A stretch of 64,000 nucleotides of DNA from Chloroflexota bacterium (GTDB lineage: Bacteria > Chloroflexota > UBA11872 > VXOZ01): NCBI GenBank assembly GCA_965221905.1, contig OZ244922.1, positions 832,001 through 896,000 of the forward strand. Reading direction: 5' to 3'. Position 1 is the stretch's first letter, and every line of letters begins with the position of its first letter. Both the position numbers and the translations under genes were made by a program. The notes below the pieces were generated by a model. It was given only the letters and a program-made list of their open reading frames with translations. It searched no databases and was not told where the DNA came from. This document shows, one piece after another, positions 9,231-18,724 of this stretch.

Positions 9231-11648
9231 ATGGCACTAGCACCTTACACAGCGTCACCCGAAGAGACTCAATCTAATACGATTGAGGGGTTGATCGCGG
9301 CTGTATCTGCGTATAGCAGCGAAAATCCTGACCTCCGGAAGAAGGACCTCAACCGCGTCAGGCAGGCCTACGCGTTTGCCGCGCGCGCCCACGAGGGGCA
9401 ATTCCGCAAGTCCGGCGAGCCATTCATCCAGCATCCTCTCTGCACCGCCCTCCTTCTCTCGGAAATCCGCATGGACACGAGCACCATCTGCGCCGGTCTG
9501 CTCCATGACTGCGTGGAAGATACCGACGCTACCCTGGACGACATTCGCACGCAGTTTGGCGTCGACGTGGCGTTGCTCGTGGATGGCGTTACAAAGCTCA
9601 CCCAGCTCGACTTCCTGAATCTGGAAGATACCCAGGCCGAAAACCTACGCAAGATGTTCTTGGCCATGGCGCGGGACATTCGGGTTGTGATCGTAAAGCT
9701 CGCGGACCGTTTGCACAATATGCGCACGCTCGCGTACGTCGAGCCGGAGCGCCAGCGCCGCAAGGCCCAGGAGACTCTCGATATCTACGCCCCCTTGGCA
9801 AATCAGTTGGGGATGGGGCACTGGAAATGGCAGTTGGAAGATGCAGCATTTGCCGTGCTGCATCCAGACGTCTACAAGCAGATCGAATCTGTCTTGGCAG
9901 AGAGTTCCTTGACGCAAGACGAAGTCCTGCAAGATGCGGTGCAAACCCTGACGCGAGAGCTTGAGGAGGCCGGAATTCAGGGGGAGGTGAGCGGCAGGCC
10001 GAAGCACATTACGAGTACGTGGTTCAAGATGCAGCGCAAGAGTGTCGGCATCCAAGAGATTTACGATCTCATCGGCGTGCGCGTGGTTGTGAGCACGGTG
10101 CAGCAGTGCTACGGGGCACTTGGGCTTGTGCATACGTTGTGGAAACCGATTCCAGGCCAGTTCGACGACTATATCTCGGTTCCCAAATCCAATAACTACC
10201 GCTCGTTGCACACTGCCGTGATCGGGCCGCGCGGCCAGCCGGTCGAAGTGCAACTCCGAACCCAACACATGCACCAGGAAGCGGAGCTAGGCGTTGCCGC
10301 CCATTGGCGCTACAAGGAAGGGGAACGAGGCGCGAACGTCGATGAACGCTTGGCATGGCTGCGCCAGTTGATAACCTGGCAAGAAGAGCTTTCGAGTGCG
10401 CGCGAGTTCGTGGAGACGGTGAAAGCGGATATCTTCGAAGACCAGGTCTTCGTGTTTACACCTCGCGGAGACGTGAAGGACCTGCCGGCCGGCTCTACGC
10501 CCATTGACTTTGCATATCGCATTCATACTGACGTGGGACACCGTTGCCTTAGCGCTAAGGTCAACGGCCAAATAAAACCGCTCTATACGGAGCTTCAGAA
10601 TGGCGACGTGGTTGACATCCAGGTGAGCAAGGCGCCGAAAGGCCCCAGCCGCGACTGGATCAATATCGTCAAGAGCAGCCATACGCGCGAGAGGATTCGC
10701 CAGTGGTTCAAGAAGCAAGAGCGGGCCGAAAACGTCACGCGCGGGAGAGAGATGCTGGACAAGGAAATTCGACGGTTGGGTCAGGGTGATCTGAGCAGCG
10801 TCGATGAGGCCCGCGTCCGGACGCTGTGCAAGTCGTTCACGTTCAACTCCGCGGATGACCTCTTTGCGGCCATCGGATACGGCGCAATTTCCACGCAACA
10901 AGTGGTGATGAACTTGAGCCGATCGGGTGAGCAGCCTGCACAGACTGCATTCGAGCCGGAGACGTTGCCTGCGGAACCGCGTACCGACAAGACTACGGGC
11001 ACGGTACAGGTTATGGGTGAGGGCAACATGCTCACGCGCCTGGCGACCTGTTGCAAGCCGTTACCCGGCGATCACATCGTCGGCTACATTACGCGCGGAC
11101 GCGGCGTTACCGTTCACCGCCGTGACTGCCGCAACGTGCATAGCGCGAAGGACAAAGAGCGCTTGGTGCCGGTGGATTGGGGAGATCAGGTTATTAGTCA
11201 TGAGACCCGCAATTTGCCGCTCCAACTGGCACAGTGCTGTGGCCCTCAAACGAGTGACAAGATCAAAGGCTACGTTGTGGATGGCAGCGTGGAGGTGCAC
11301 CGCAGCGACTGCCGCCGCGTTCGCCAAAATGGGCCGCCAGGAATGCAGGTCAGAGTTTCCTGGTCGCGCACGAGCAAGCAACAGTCGCTCTACCCGGTAG
11401 CCCTGCGCGCCGAGTGTGTAGACAGACCGGGGCTCCTCCGCGACATTAGCGCGGTCGTGACGGAAGAGAAACTCAACATCAGTGCCGCGAACGTCAATAC
11501 GGACGGCGGCGCGGCGACGATCACGTTTACGGTTGAAGTTACCGGAGTGGGGAGACTGGCCGGCCTCATGGCCAAAATCGAGCGCGTCGGCGGCGTGGTC
11601 GGCGTGCAGCGTGATGTGCGTACCGATCGTCCTCAGCAAGGAAACTGA
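9231..11648 (+). CDS. rel: Bifunctional (p)ppGpp synthetase/hydrolase Rel, with duplicated zinc-finger (CC) domain
   Basis: HD domain (LLHDCVED), synthetase (GRPKH, YRSLHT, EVQLRT), TGS (FTPRGD..STPIDFAY), two CC...H...C domains, ACT (DRPGLLRDI). Confidence 0.95.
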   Translation: MALAPYTASPEETQSNTIEGLIAAVSAYSSENPDLRKKDLNRVRQAYAFAARAHEGQFRKSGEPFIQHPLCTALLLSEIRMDTSTICAGLLHDCVEDTDATLDDIRTQFGVDVALLVDGVTKLTQLDFLNLEDTQAENLRKMFLAMARDIRVVIVKLADRLHNMRTLAYVEPERQRRKAQETLDIYAPLANQLGMGHWKWQLEDAAFAVLHPDVYKQIESVLAESSLTQDEVLQDAVQTLTRELEEAGIQGEVSGRPKHITSTWFKMQRKSVGIQEIYDLIGVRVVVSTVQQCYGALGLVHTLWKPIPGQFDDYISVPKSNNYRSLHTAVIGPRGQPVEVQLRTQHMHQEAELGVAAHWRYKEGERGANVDERLAWLRQLITWQEELSSAREFVETVKADIFEDQVFVFTPRGDVKDLPAGSTPIDFAYRIHTDVGHRCLSAKVNGQIKPLYTELQNGDVVDIQVSKAPKGPSRDWINIVKSSHTRERIRQWFKKQERAENVTRGREMLDKEIRRLGQGDLSSVDEARVRTLCKSFTFNSADDLFAAIGYGAISTQQVVMNLSRSGEQPAQTAFEPETLPAEPRTDKTTGTVQVMGEGNMLTRLATCCKPLPGDHIVGYITRGRGVTVHRRDCRNVHSAKDKERLVPVDWGDQVISHETRNLPLQLAQCCGPQTSDKIKGYVVDGSVEVHRSDCRRVRQNGPPGMQVRVSWSRTSKQQSLYPVALRAECVDRPGLLRDISAVVTEEKLNISAANVNTDGGAATITFTVEVTGVGRLAGLMAKIERVGGVVGVQRDVRTDRPQQGN

Positions 11649-11724
11649 CCGTCGCTGCGGCTGTGCTGCGGCCGGTACGGCGTAGCCGGACTTCCTTGCT
11701 GCATCGACTCTGGGGGGCCGTGGC

Positions 11725-12348
11725 TTAGTCTAGGTCCAGCGCATGGGGATTGAATCCGGCGATGTCGAACATAGAGAAGGCGTAGCCGCTGGTCTGGCCC
11801 GTGAATGACGAGGCGGTGAGTGGCGCGGCGGGGGTCTCCAGCGCCATTTGCGCGAAGTACTTGCTGACCGGCGCAAGTTCTGCCAGCGCTTCGAATTCGT
11901 GGAGCGCCAGGAATTCAGCCCGATCAACCTCCACCTCGTCACACTGGGGGCCGCCGCCGAGGTCTTTGAGGGTGAAGACGATGTAGACGTTGCTATCGCG
12001 TTGAGTGAGACTGTTGCGTGCCGCCAGCACGCCTTGTACTTCCGTGCGGACGCTGGTTTCCTCAAAGAGTTCGCGCACCACTGCTTCCTCGAAGGGCTCG
12101 TCCTGCTCGACGTAGCCGCCCGGTATGGTCCAACGGCCCTTGCCGGGGTCTTGCCCGCGCCGAATAAACAACACTTTGTTATCGCGCACCACAATGCCGC
12201 CCACTCCGAGGGAGAAGGTGCTGAAGTGGATGAAGCCGCACGCCCGGCACGTCGCGCGTTGACGCCCACCGTCGGGCTGCAGCGACAGCGATTGGCCGCA
12301 GCGGGGGCAGTAACGGAAGTGGTTCGGTACTGTAGGTAGCTCTGCCAT
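11725..12348 (-). CDS. NUDIX hydrolase with N-terminal zinc ribbon
   Basis: CPRCG..CRACG ribbon; Nudix box GGYVEQDEPFEEAVVRELFEETSV. Confidence 0.9.
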   Translation of the reverse strand: MAELPTVPNHFRYCPRCGQSLSLQPDGGRQRATCRACGFIHFSTFSLGVGGIVVRDNKVLFIRRGQDPGKGRWTIPGGYVEQDEPFEEAVVRELFEETSVRTEVQGVLAARNSLTQRDSNVYIVFTLKDLGGGPQCDEVEVDRAEFLALHEFEALAELAPVSKYFAQMALETPAAPLTASSFTGQTSGYAFSMFDIAGFNPHALDLD

Positions 12349-12690
12349 GATCCACTTTCATGCGGTGCTGACGATATTACTCTCTCGATGATATGGTGCT
12401 CCACAAGCGCGGTCAATTGCAAGAAGACCGGTTTTGCATGGGACGGCAGTTGCAGAGAGATGCTTGATTGCCAACGGGAGTCTGAGGAACGGCGCATGCG
12501 TCAGATGGAAGATGTGGAAAGGAGCAGGCGTCCGCGTTGGTTTACAATGCCAGGTGAGGCCGGGCGGCCTGTCTTCGTGAAGTAGGGAGCGCTCGTGCGC
12601 GATGTCAACGCAGAGTCACTCGGCCGCGATGCGCGATAGCGTCGCAGGATGCAGTGGTGTGACTAGACATAAAACTACAGGAGCTAACGC

Positions 12691-13443
12691 ATGGGAGACC
12701 TTTGCTTCGGGGTAGGCGAGAAAATCGTATTCATCGGCGATAGCATTACCGACTGCGGCAGGCGCACGGAGCAGGATGGGCCGTATGGAAAGGGCTACGT
12801 CAGCCTTGTGCGGGCTTTGCTCCACGCGCGCTATCCGGCGCACGGGCTGACGATCGTCAACCGTGGGATCGGCGGCAATACCATACGCGATCTAGCGGCG
12901 CGTTGGCAAGAGGACGTGCTGAACGAAGCTCCGGATTGGCTCTCGGTGAAGATCGGCATCAACGACGTGGGGCGTCTCATCGCCGGCAATCTCGCAGACC
13001 ACGTGCGGCTCGACGAGTACGAAGCAACGTACCGGTCGCTTCTCCAACAGACTCCGGCAGTTGCCAACGGCAAGCTCATTCTCATGGAGCCGTATGTTAT
13101 TGCTCCGCCGGTGCTGGGCGATCCGGCAGCGAAATCAGGTATAAGCCTGGCGGAAGTGCAGCAGCAATTCGGCGCTCTGCGCGCCAGCGGCGCGCGGGAG
13201 GGCGCGCTCCTCACCGCTGGCTGGATGCACTTCCGGGCCTATATTGACTCCTATATTGAGGTAGTGCATCGTCTCGCCGCGGAATACGACGCGATTCTCG
13301 TCCGCACCCAAGCCGCCTTCGATGTAGCGATGGAGGCGCAGCCTCCCGCGGTCTGGGCAGCGGACCGCATCCATCCCGACTTGCCCGGCCATGCTGTGAT
13401 TGCCCGCGCACTTCTGGCGTCGGTAGGATACGGCGACATTTGA
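12691..13443 (+). CDS. SGNH/GDSL hydrolase
   Basis: FIGDSITD, NRGIGG, IGIND, DRIHP blocks. Confidence 0.9.
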   Translation: MGDLCFGVGEKIVFIGDSITDCGRRTEQDGPYGKGYVSLVRALLHARYPAHGLTIVNRGIGGNTIRDLAARWQEDVLNEAPDWLSVKIGINDVGRLIAGNLADHVRLDEYEATYRSLLQQTPAVANGKLILMEPYVIAPPVLGDPAAKSGISLAEVQQQFGALRASGAREGALLTAGWMHFRAYIDSYIEVVHRLAAEYDAILVRTQAAFDVAMEAQPPAVWAADRIHPDLPGHAVIARALLASVGYGDI

Positions 13444-13582
13444 TGCGGCGATTCTGTACACTCCGGTTGGGAAAGGTATGGTTGAAAGAGAGAGTTGGGC
13501 GACGCCGGCGGGGCATCGCCTGAGTGATTGCCGGAGGCCAATGGAAAGAGTGTTCGATTCCGGGGAGTAAAGGGAGGGTCGT

Positions 13583-14587
13583 GTGAGCACAAAGCTACGG
13601 GTCGGCTTAGTGGGTGTTGGCGGCAATGGCGGCCGGTTCTTGGAAGCGTACGCCACCAACCCGCGCGTTGCGGTTGCAGCCATTTGCGACGTTCGCGACG
13701 ATCACCGCCAAGCCATGCAAGAACAGTACAGCGTGCCGCATGGTTACGCAGACGTTGCAATGCTGCTGCAAGACGATGCGGTAGACCTGGTCTCAATTCA
13801 TGCACCGGACGGTCTCCACGCGCGTTTCGCGCTGGCCGCGCTCGACGCCGGCAAGCACGTGTTCGTGGAGAAGCCCATGGCAACCAGCATCGAGGACTGT
13901 CTGCAGGTGGTTGAACGCGCGGATCGCGCCTCGACGCGGATGGCCGTCGGGCAAGTGCTGCGCACGCGGCCGTACTTCCGCATGGTCAAGGAGATGGTGG
14001 ACGCGGGAGAACTCGGCAGCATCTATGCAATGCGTACGCACTACCTCACGGATGTGATGCGGAGAGGTCCCGCATTCCTAGACAAAGCGAAAGAGAGCTA
14101 CTCGCCGCCGATGCTTACGATGGGCGTGCACCCGGTGGACCTGATGCGCTGGTACGGCGGCGACATTGTAGGGGTGCAGGCCATGGAAAACCGGGGCTTG
14201 GCGATGCGAGGCACCGGCAATCCACTCGACGAATCAGTGACGGCGGTGTACCGCTTTGCCTCCGGCGCAACCGGCAGCATTACCGTGTGTTGGGCGTCGA
14301 ACTACGTATTCGACTCCTTCTACGGTCTCGAAGTCCACGGCAGCGAGGCCAGCGTGGTCTGGGACAAAATACATGGCAAGGAGCCGCACAAGGCGGTGCC
14401 GCTGCCTGAGCCGCCGGAGACGGGCCGGGACGGATACGCCGCGGAGGTGGATTGTGTGGTCGATAGCCTTCTGGACGATACGCCGCTCTTTTGCGATGTC
14501 CACGAGGGGGCCCGCAGCGCCATCGCGTGCTTAATGGCCATTGAAGCCGCAAAGTCTGGCGAGACCCTGGAAGTGCCAAATCCGTAG
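13583..14587 (+). CDS. Gfo/Idh/MocA oxidoreductase
   Basis: GLVGVG, GKHVFVEKPMA, GVHPVDL motifs. Confidence 0.88.
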   Translation: MSTKLRVGLVGVGGNGGRFLEAYATNPRVAVAAICDVRDDHRQAMQEQYSVPHGYADVAMLLQDDAVDLVSIHAPDGLHARFALAALDAGKHVFVEKPMATSIEDCLQVVERADRASTRMAVGQVLRTRPYFRMVKEMVDAGELGSIYAMRTHYLTDVMRRGPAFLDKAKESYSPPMLTMGVHPVDLMRWYGGDIVGVQAMENRGLAMRGTGNPLDESVTAVYRFASGATGSITVCWASNYVFDSFYGLEVHGSEASVVWDKIHGKEPHKAVPLPEPPETGRDGYAAEVDCVVDSLLDDTPLFCDVHEGARSAIACLMAIEAAKSGETLEVPNP

Positions 14588-14698
14588 CGTCAAATCTCCG
14601 CGAGCATAGAGCAATGAGCAGCACAGCGGCAAGACTTGGTACAATTGACGTGAGCAGCGGGAACCGAACCCATCTCGCAAGTGAGTGGAGTGAGACCG

Positions 14699-15115
14699 AT
14701 GGCGATCATGGATACCCACGAAGCCTTTAAACTCTTGCAGAGCGCGGGACTTGACGAGGAGAAAGCCGAAGCGATAGTGCGCGTGGTGGGCGTGGGGCAA
14801 GACGCCCTGGCGACAAAGGTTGACCTGGAAGCGTTAGCGCAGACGACCAGAGCAGACCTGGAAGCGTTAGCGCAGACGACCAGAGCAGACCTGGAAGCGT
14901 TAGCGCAGACGACCAGAGCAGACCTGGAAGCGTTAGCGCAGACGACCAGAGCAGACCTGGAAGCGTTAGCGCAGACGACCAAAGCCGACCTGGAAGCGCT
15001 GGAGTTGCGTTTGCGGCATGACTTGACGCTACGCTTGGGAGCGATGGTGTTCGCGGCCGCGGGAGTGCAAGTGGCCATCGTCGGTTTCCTGCTCGCACAA
15101 TTTCTGCCCAATTAG
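14699..15115 (+). CDS. DUF1640/CCDC90-like membrane-anchored coiled-coil protein with 11-aa tandem repeat
   Basis: DTHEAFKLLQSAGL.EEKAEAIV head, LATKVDL neck, coiled coil, C-terminal TM helix. Confidence 0.7.
   Translation: MAIMDTHEAFKLLQSAGLDEEKAEAIVRVVGVGQDALATKVDLEALAQTTRADLEALAQTTRADLEALAQTTRADLEALAQTTRADLEALAQTTKADLEALELRLRHDLTLRLGAMVFAAAGVQVAIVGFLLAQFLPN
14822..14998 (+). repeat. 33-bp tandem repeat, 5 full copies plus a partial copy (GACCTGGAAGCGTTAGCGCAGACGACCAGAGCA), encoding DLEALAQTTRA
   Basis: Read directly; first four copies identical, fifth ends AAAGCC. Confidence 0.95.
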
Positions 15116-15297
15116 CTAGAGACAACGATTCGTTAGAAAAAACGAACATCACACGAATGAACTCGCCGGCAGGTAAGCGCAGGTCTGAAACCTGTGCTTA
15201 GGTGTTTGCCCCAGGGCTTGTACTAAGCGCTTCGGGCAAGTGGACCGGGCTGCGCTGCCAAACACGAACCAGTTTCTGACACCTGGTACAAAGGGAA

Positions 15298-15325
15298 AGA
15301 GCCCGGAAAGCGCTTTCCGGGCTCT
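15298..15325. terminator. Hairpin between convergent genes, probable terminator
   Basis: AGAGCCCGGAAAG-CG-CTTTCCGGGCTCT inverted repeat; A-rich left flank gives a U-rich tail on the minus strand. Confidence 0.6.
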
Positions 15326-15374
15326 CTCAATTGTCTACCAGTATCGTGTCAGACGATAGGTTAAACCCGTCAGC

Positions 15375-16766
15375 CTACAGGTTGGCCGAATTCCAGTCGT
15401 CCACGATTATCTGGCAGTCTTCCTCCGCCTTTTCCAGGGCCTGCTTGGCGGTGGTTTCCTCCGCGCCCCACCACGGACTCATCGCAGCGGCGTAAGCGTC
15501 CCGCAACACGCCATACTGCGGATGCGGGAAATACGGCTTGGCGTAGTCGGCTGCCCGCGCAAAGGCCAGCAGGTTCGCCGGATCCGGCGAATCCGCTGAC
15601 GGGACGAAGACTTCCTCGGCTAGTGATGAAATGGACGGGATTATGTTGCCCTGGCCGCCGGTCCAACCCAGGTGTTCCGGCCCGACGAGGAAGGACAGGA
15701 ACTCGGCTGCGGCGTCCAGCTTCTTGGTGGTGGCTACCGTGAAGATCTCCTCGATGCCGAAGAACGCGCCTTTGCCTTCCTCCCCGTCGCCAACCGCCGT
15801 CGGCTGCTCGACAATGTCGAAGTTCACGCCGGCCTCGTGACGCCGCATTGGCTCCAGACCCCACGTGCCGTACACGGACATGGCGACTTTGCCGTTCGCA
15901 AACGAGTTGAAGAACTGCGCGTCATCTTGCCGGTTATAGTCCTCAGGCCGCGGGCCAACCTCATATTTGGCCCAGTTGTCCCGCCACCACTCGACCGCTT
16001 GCAGTCCCAAGGGCCCATCCACCAGCACCTCGGTGCCGGTATCGTCCATGAAGCCCTGATACATGCCCGCGATCCAGTAGGCGACGTAGTGTACGGTCGC
16101 CACGCCCCAGATCTTCTCATCGGCGGTGCTCAGGCTGTTGGACACCTTCTGCGCCGCCGCCAGGCGGTCGTCAAACGTGTCGCTATCTTGCGGATAGGGC
16201 ACGCCGGCCTTGTCGAAGAGGTCCTTGTTGTAGAACCACGCCGTAGTGTTGATGCCGATCGGCGCCGCAATCAATTTGCCTTGCCAGGTAAGACCGTTCA
16301 CCAGCGTCGGGTTGAGCTGGCTCATGTCGTACTTCATGCCCTTGAGGAGCTCGTTGGCGTCGTACAAGATACCGGCAAAGGGATGTAGCCCCACACCAAA
16401 CCAGCCCATGTCCGGTGCTGCGCCGCCCGCCACCGTGGCTCGTAGCTTGCTGGCCGGGTTGCCGCCAAAACTGCCGGCAACGTCCAGGGTGTTAACCGTG
16501 ACACCAGTCTCCTTGGCGTTGTAGGTCTCCAGAATCCACTCCAGCCAACGAGTCTTACCCGCCGAATAATGGGGCCACAGGAAGGTGATTTCCGTCGGCT
16601 CCATCATCGCCGGCTTTTCCGCCTCTGCGGCCATCTCGGCGCCCTCTGCCGGGGCCATTCCGGTCGCACCGGTCTGGGCGCATGCAGCCAACAACGCCGT
16701 ACCGCCGACTAATACGGCGCTACCACGCAGGAACTGGCTCCGTGAAATGTGCGCTTCGCTAAGCAT
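15375..16766 (-). CDS. Carbohydrate ABC transporter substrate-binding lipoprotein (orphan)
   Basis: Tat-like SRSQFL plus lipobox LAAC; WFYNKDLFDKAGV and FANGKVAM motifs. Confidence 0.85.
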   Translation of the reverse strand: MLSEAHISRSQFLRGSAVLVGGTALLAACAQTGATGMAPAEGAEMAAEAEKPAMMEPTEITFLWPHYSAGKTRWLEWILETYNAKETGVTVNTLDVAGSFGGNPASKLRATVAGGAAPDMGWFGVGLHPFAGILYDANELLKGMKYDMSQLNPTLVNGLTWQGKLIAAPIGINTTAWFYNKDLFDKAGVPYPQDSDTFDDRLAAAQKVSNSLSTADEKIWGVATVHYVAYWIAGMYQGFMDDTGTEVLVDGPLGLQAVEWWRDNWAKYEVGPRPEDYNRQDDAQFFNSFANGKVAMSVYGTWGLEPMRRHEAGVNFDIVEQPTAVGDGEEGKGAFFGIEEIFTVATTKKLDAAAEFLSFLVGPEHLGWTGGQGNIIPSISSLAEEVFVPSADSPDPANLLAFARAADYAKPYFPHPQYGVLRDAYAAAMSPWWGAEETTAKQALEKAEEDCQIIVDDWNSANL

Positions 16767-16934
16767 GCAAGACCTCCTATTTTGGTCTCTCTCAGCTACT
16801 CTCACCCTATCTCATCTCGGTATATCACCAGATTGATAGTCCTTACTATGTTAACATATTGCTGCGTTGATTTCCTGCACGTTACCGCCCAGCCTTGCTG
16901 ACCTCTCCTGCTGGGAAAGTATCGGCCGGCGCCG

Positions 16935-17420
16935 TCACTCCTGCAACGTGCGTATCATGGCGATTTCGTCGCACTTCGAGAACTTGGGACAGCGGTAGCA
17001 CTCCTGCCATACCTTGATTGAGAGCGTATCCCGTTCTACCCGCCGAAATCCGCACTTGGTAAAGAACGTGGGCTCCAAGGTAAGCGTGAATACGGTCTTG
17101 ATGCCCAGTTCGCGCGCCTCCGCCACACAGGCATCAACCAACTGCCGTCCGATGCCCTGGCCCTGGTACTCCGGCAAAACTGCCAAGCCTCGGACCTCGG
17201 CGAGGTCTTTCCACATCACGTGCAGCGCGCAGCAGCCTGCCACTGTGCCGTCCTGCCGCCAGACGACGTAGTCGCGGATTCCCCCGTAAAGCTCCGCCAG
17301 CGAACGGAAGAGCATGCGGTTCTGTTTGGCGTAGTAATCGATGATCTGCTTCATGGCGGGCACGTCCGTCACTTGCGCCCGCTCAGCCGTGCCGGTATTG
17401 ACGAGTCGTAGGGCTGCCAT
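16935..17420 (-). CDS. argA: Short-form N-acetylglutamate synthase (GNAT, ArgA-like)
   Basis: MLFRSLAELY, LAEVRGLAV..YQGQGIG, KVWQECYRCPK..CDEIAM signature. Confidence 0.75.
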   Translation of the reverse strand: MAALRLVNTGTAERAQVTDVPAMKQIIDYYAKQNRMLFRSLAELYGGIRDYVVWRQDGTVAGCCALHVMWKDLAEVRGLAVLPEYQGQGIGRQLVDACVAEARELGIKTVFTLTLEPTFFTKCGFRRVERDTLSIKVWQECYRCPKFSKCDEIAMIRTLQE

Positions 17421-17739
17421 GTTGCTGAATCCTCTAATAGCTACCGCTGCGCTTGGGAGATTGGGAGAAGAGCCTTCTTTACTATCGTAACGTATACGTC
17501 AACATGGTGAAAGTGCGAAACGTACGCTTGTTTAGACGGTGTTACTGCAGAAGAGAGAGGTGCGTGCCATAGGAAACCGGCACGTAAGATTCCAACTCTG
17601 TAGAATCCGACCGCGAGTTTGGAGTGAACTCCCACCGATAAGGCTCTTTACTACGGACGGCCTAGATTCCGCGAACGCTGTTCGACGCTGCGCTCGGAAT
17701 GACATGACCCAGCGTAATGACACGGTCCATTTGCGCAGC

Positions 17740-18591
17740 CTAGAGCCTGCCTGCGCTCTCACGCTTAACGAGTACCCGCCGGATATCTTCGGCAAATGAG
17801 ACTTCCGAGTCATCCTGCGGCGCGTAGCCAATCACATTACGCGCGTTCGCGATGCTCCAGAAGGCGCGCGCATTGTTGGAAACACCGTAGAAGATCTGGA
17901 ATGGGATGCCGTGTTCATTCTCGATTGCCGGGGTGTCGATGGACTTCACGAAAAGCTGCTGCAGGTCGCGCGGGCTGATATAGGCGCCGAGGTTGCGCTT
18001 GTAGCTCGTTAGGTTTTCTGAAGCGTTCTCTGCCGGTATCGGCCGCGGCGCGCCGATCCGCACCTGCACGTTCTCCAGCACGCGCCCCTGTGTGCCGGTG
18101 GCGAAGAGAAATCCCAAGTGCTCGTAACACGCTTTTGCCCAGCCGTAGTAATTGTCTGAAAGCGGCGGCGCCGTCACGTCCAGCATCTCCAGTTTTCTCT
18201 GCCGCAGCAGATGCTCGTACCAGTCGGCGGCGTGGTTCGAACTGGCAACCACCACTCGCCGCACTCCCTCTTCCAGGCATGTTTGATAGACGTGAAAGGC
18301 GAGGTCGAGGTTTCCCCGCTCCGCATAGTAGTCACCGTCATTCATCGATCGCCCCGGCTGGCGATTGAAGGCCAAGTGCACGACGGCGTCCGCCCCTTTG
18401 AAGAAGCTGCGGTACGTCTCTCGGTCCGAATCGCGGAGGTCGGTTATGTGCACGCCCTCCACCAAAGCGCCGTCGCGGGTATGCTCTCGATTGTCGAGTA
18501 AGACCAGGTCGTACCGCTCGCGAAATGCGGGCAGAAGCTGGGAAGCAATATAGCCCGCGGCTCCGGTTACGACCACTTTCAATCGTGCCAT
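17740..18591 (-). CDS. NAD-dependent epimerase/dehydratase (uronate dehydrogenase-like)
   Basis: TGAAGYIA, ASSNHA, YGWAK (YxxxK), IGYAPQD. Confidence 0.8.
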   Translation of the reverse strand: MARLKVVVTGAAGYIASQLLPAFRERYDLVLLDNREHTRDGALVEGVHITDLRDSDRETYRSFFKGADAVVHLAFNRQPGRSMNDGDYYAERGNLDLAFHVYQTCLEEGVRRVVVASSNHAADWYEHLLRQRKLEMLDVTAPPLSDNYYGWAKACYEHLGFLFATGTQGRVLENVQVRIGAPRPIPAENASENLTSYKRNLGAYISPRDLQQLFVKSIDTPAIENEHGIPFQIFYGVSNNARAFWSIANARNVIGYAPQDDSEVSFAEDIRRVLVKRESAGRL

Positions 18592-18724
18592 ACGGTTTCG
18601 TCCTTCATCTCGCTAGATTGCACTGCCGTGACGGTCTCAAACTGGATCGGCGCCGCTGAGATCCAAAGCGGAAACCTGCATTGTTGCCGTCATGAGTTCG
18701 TTGGCGCTCAACGTGTTACGGGCC

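Noticed and set aside
14822-14998. Possible CRISPR array
   Set aside because: Units are head-to-tail with no unique spacers, lie in frame within a CDS, and no cas genes are present.
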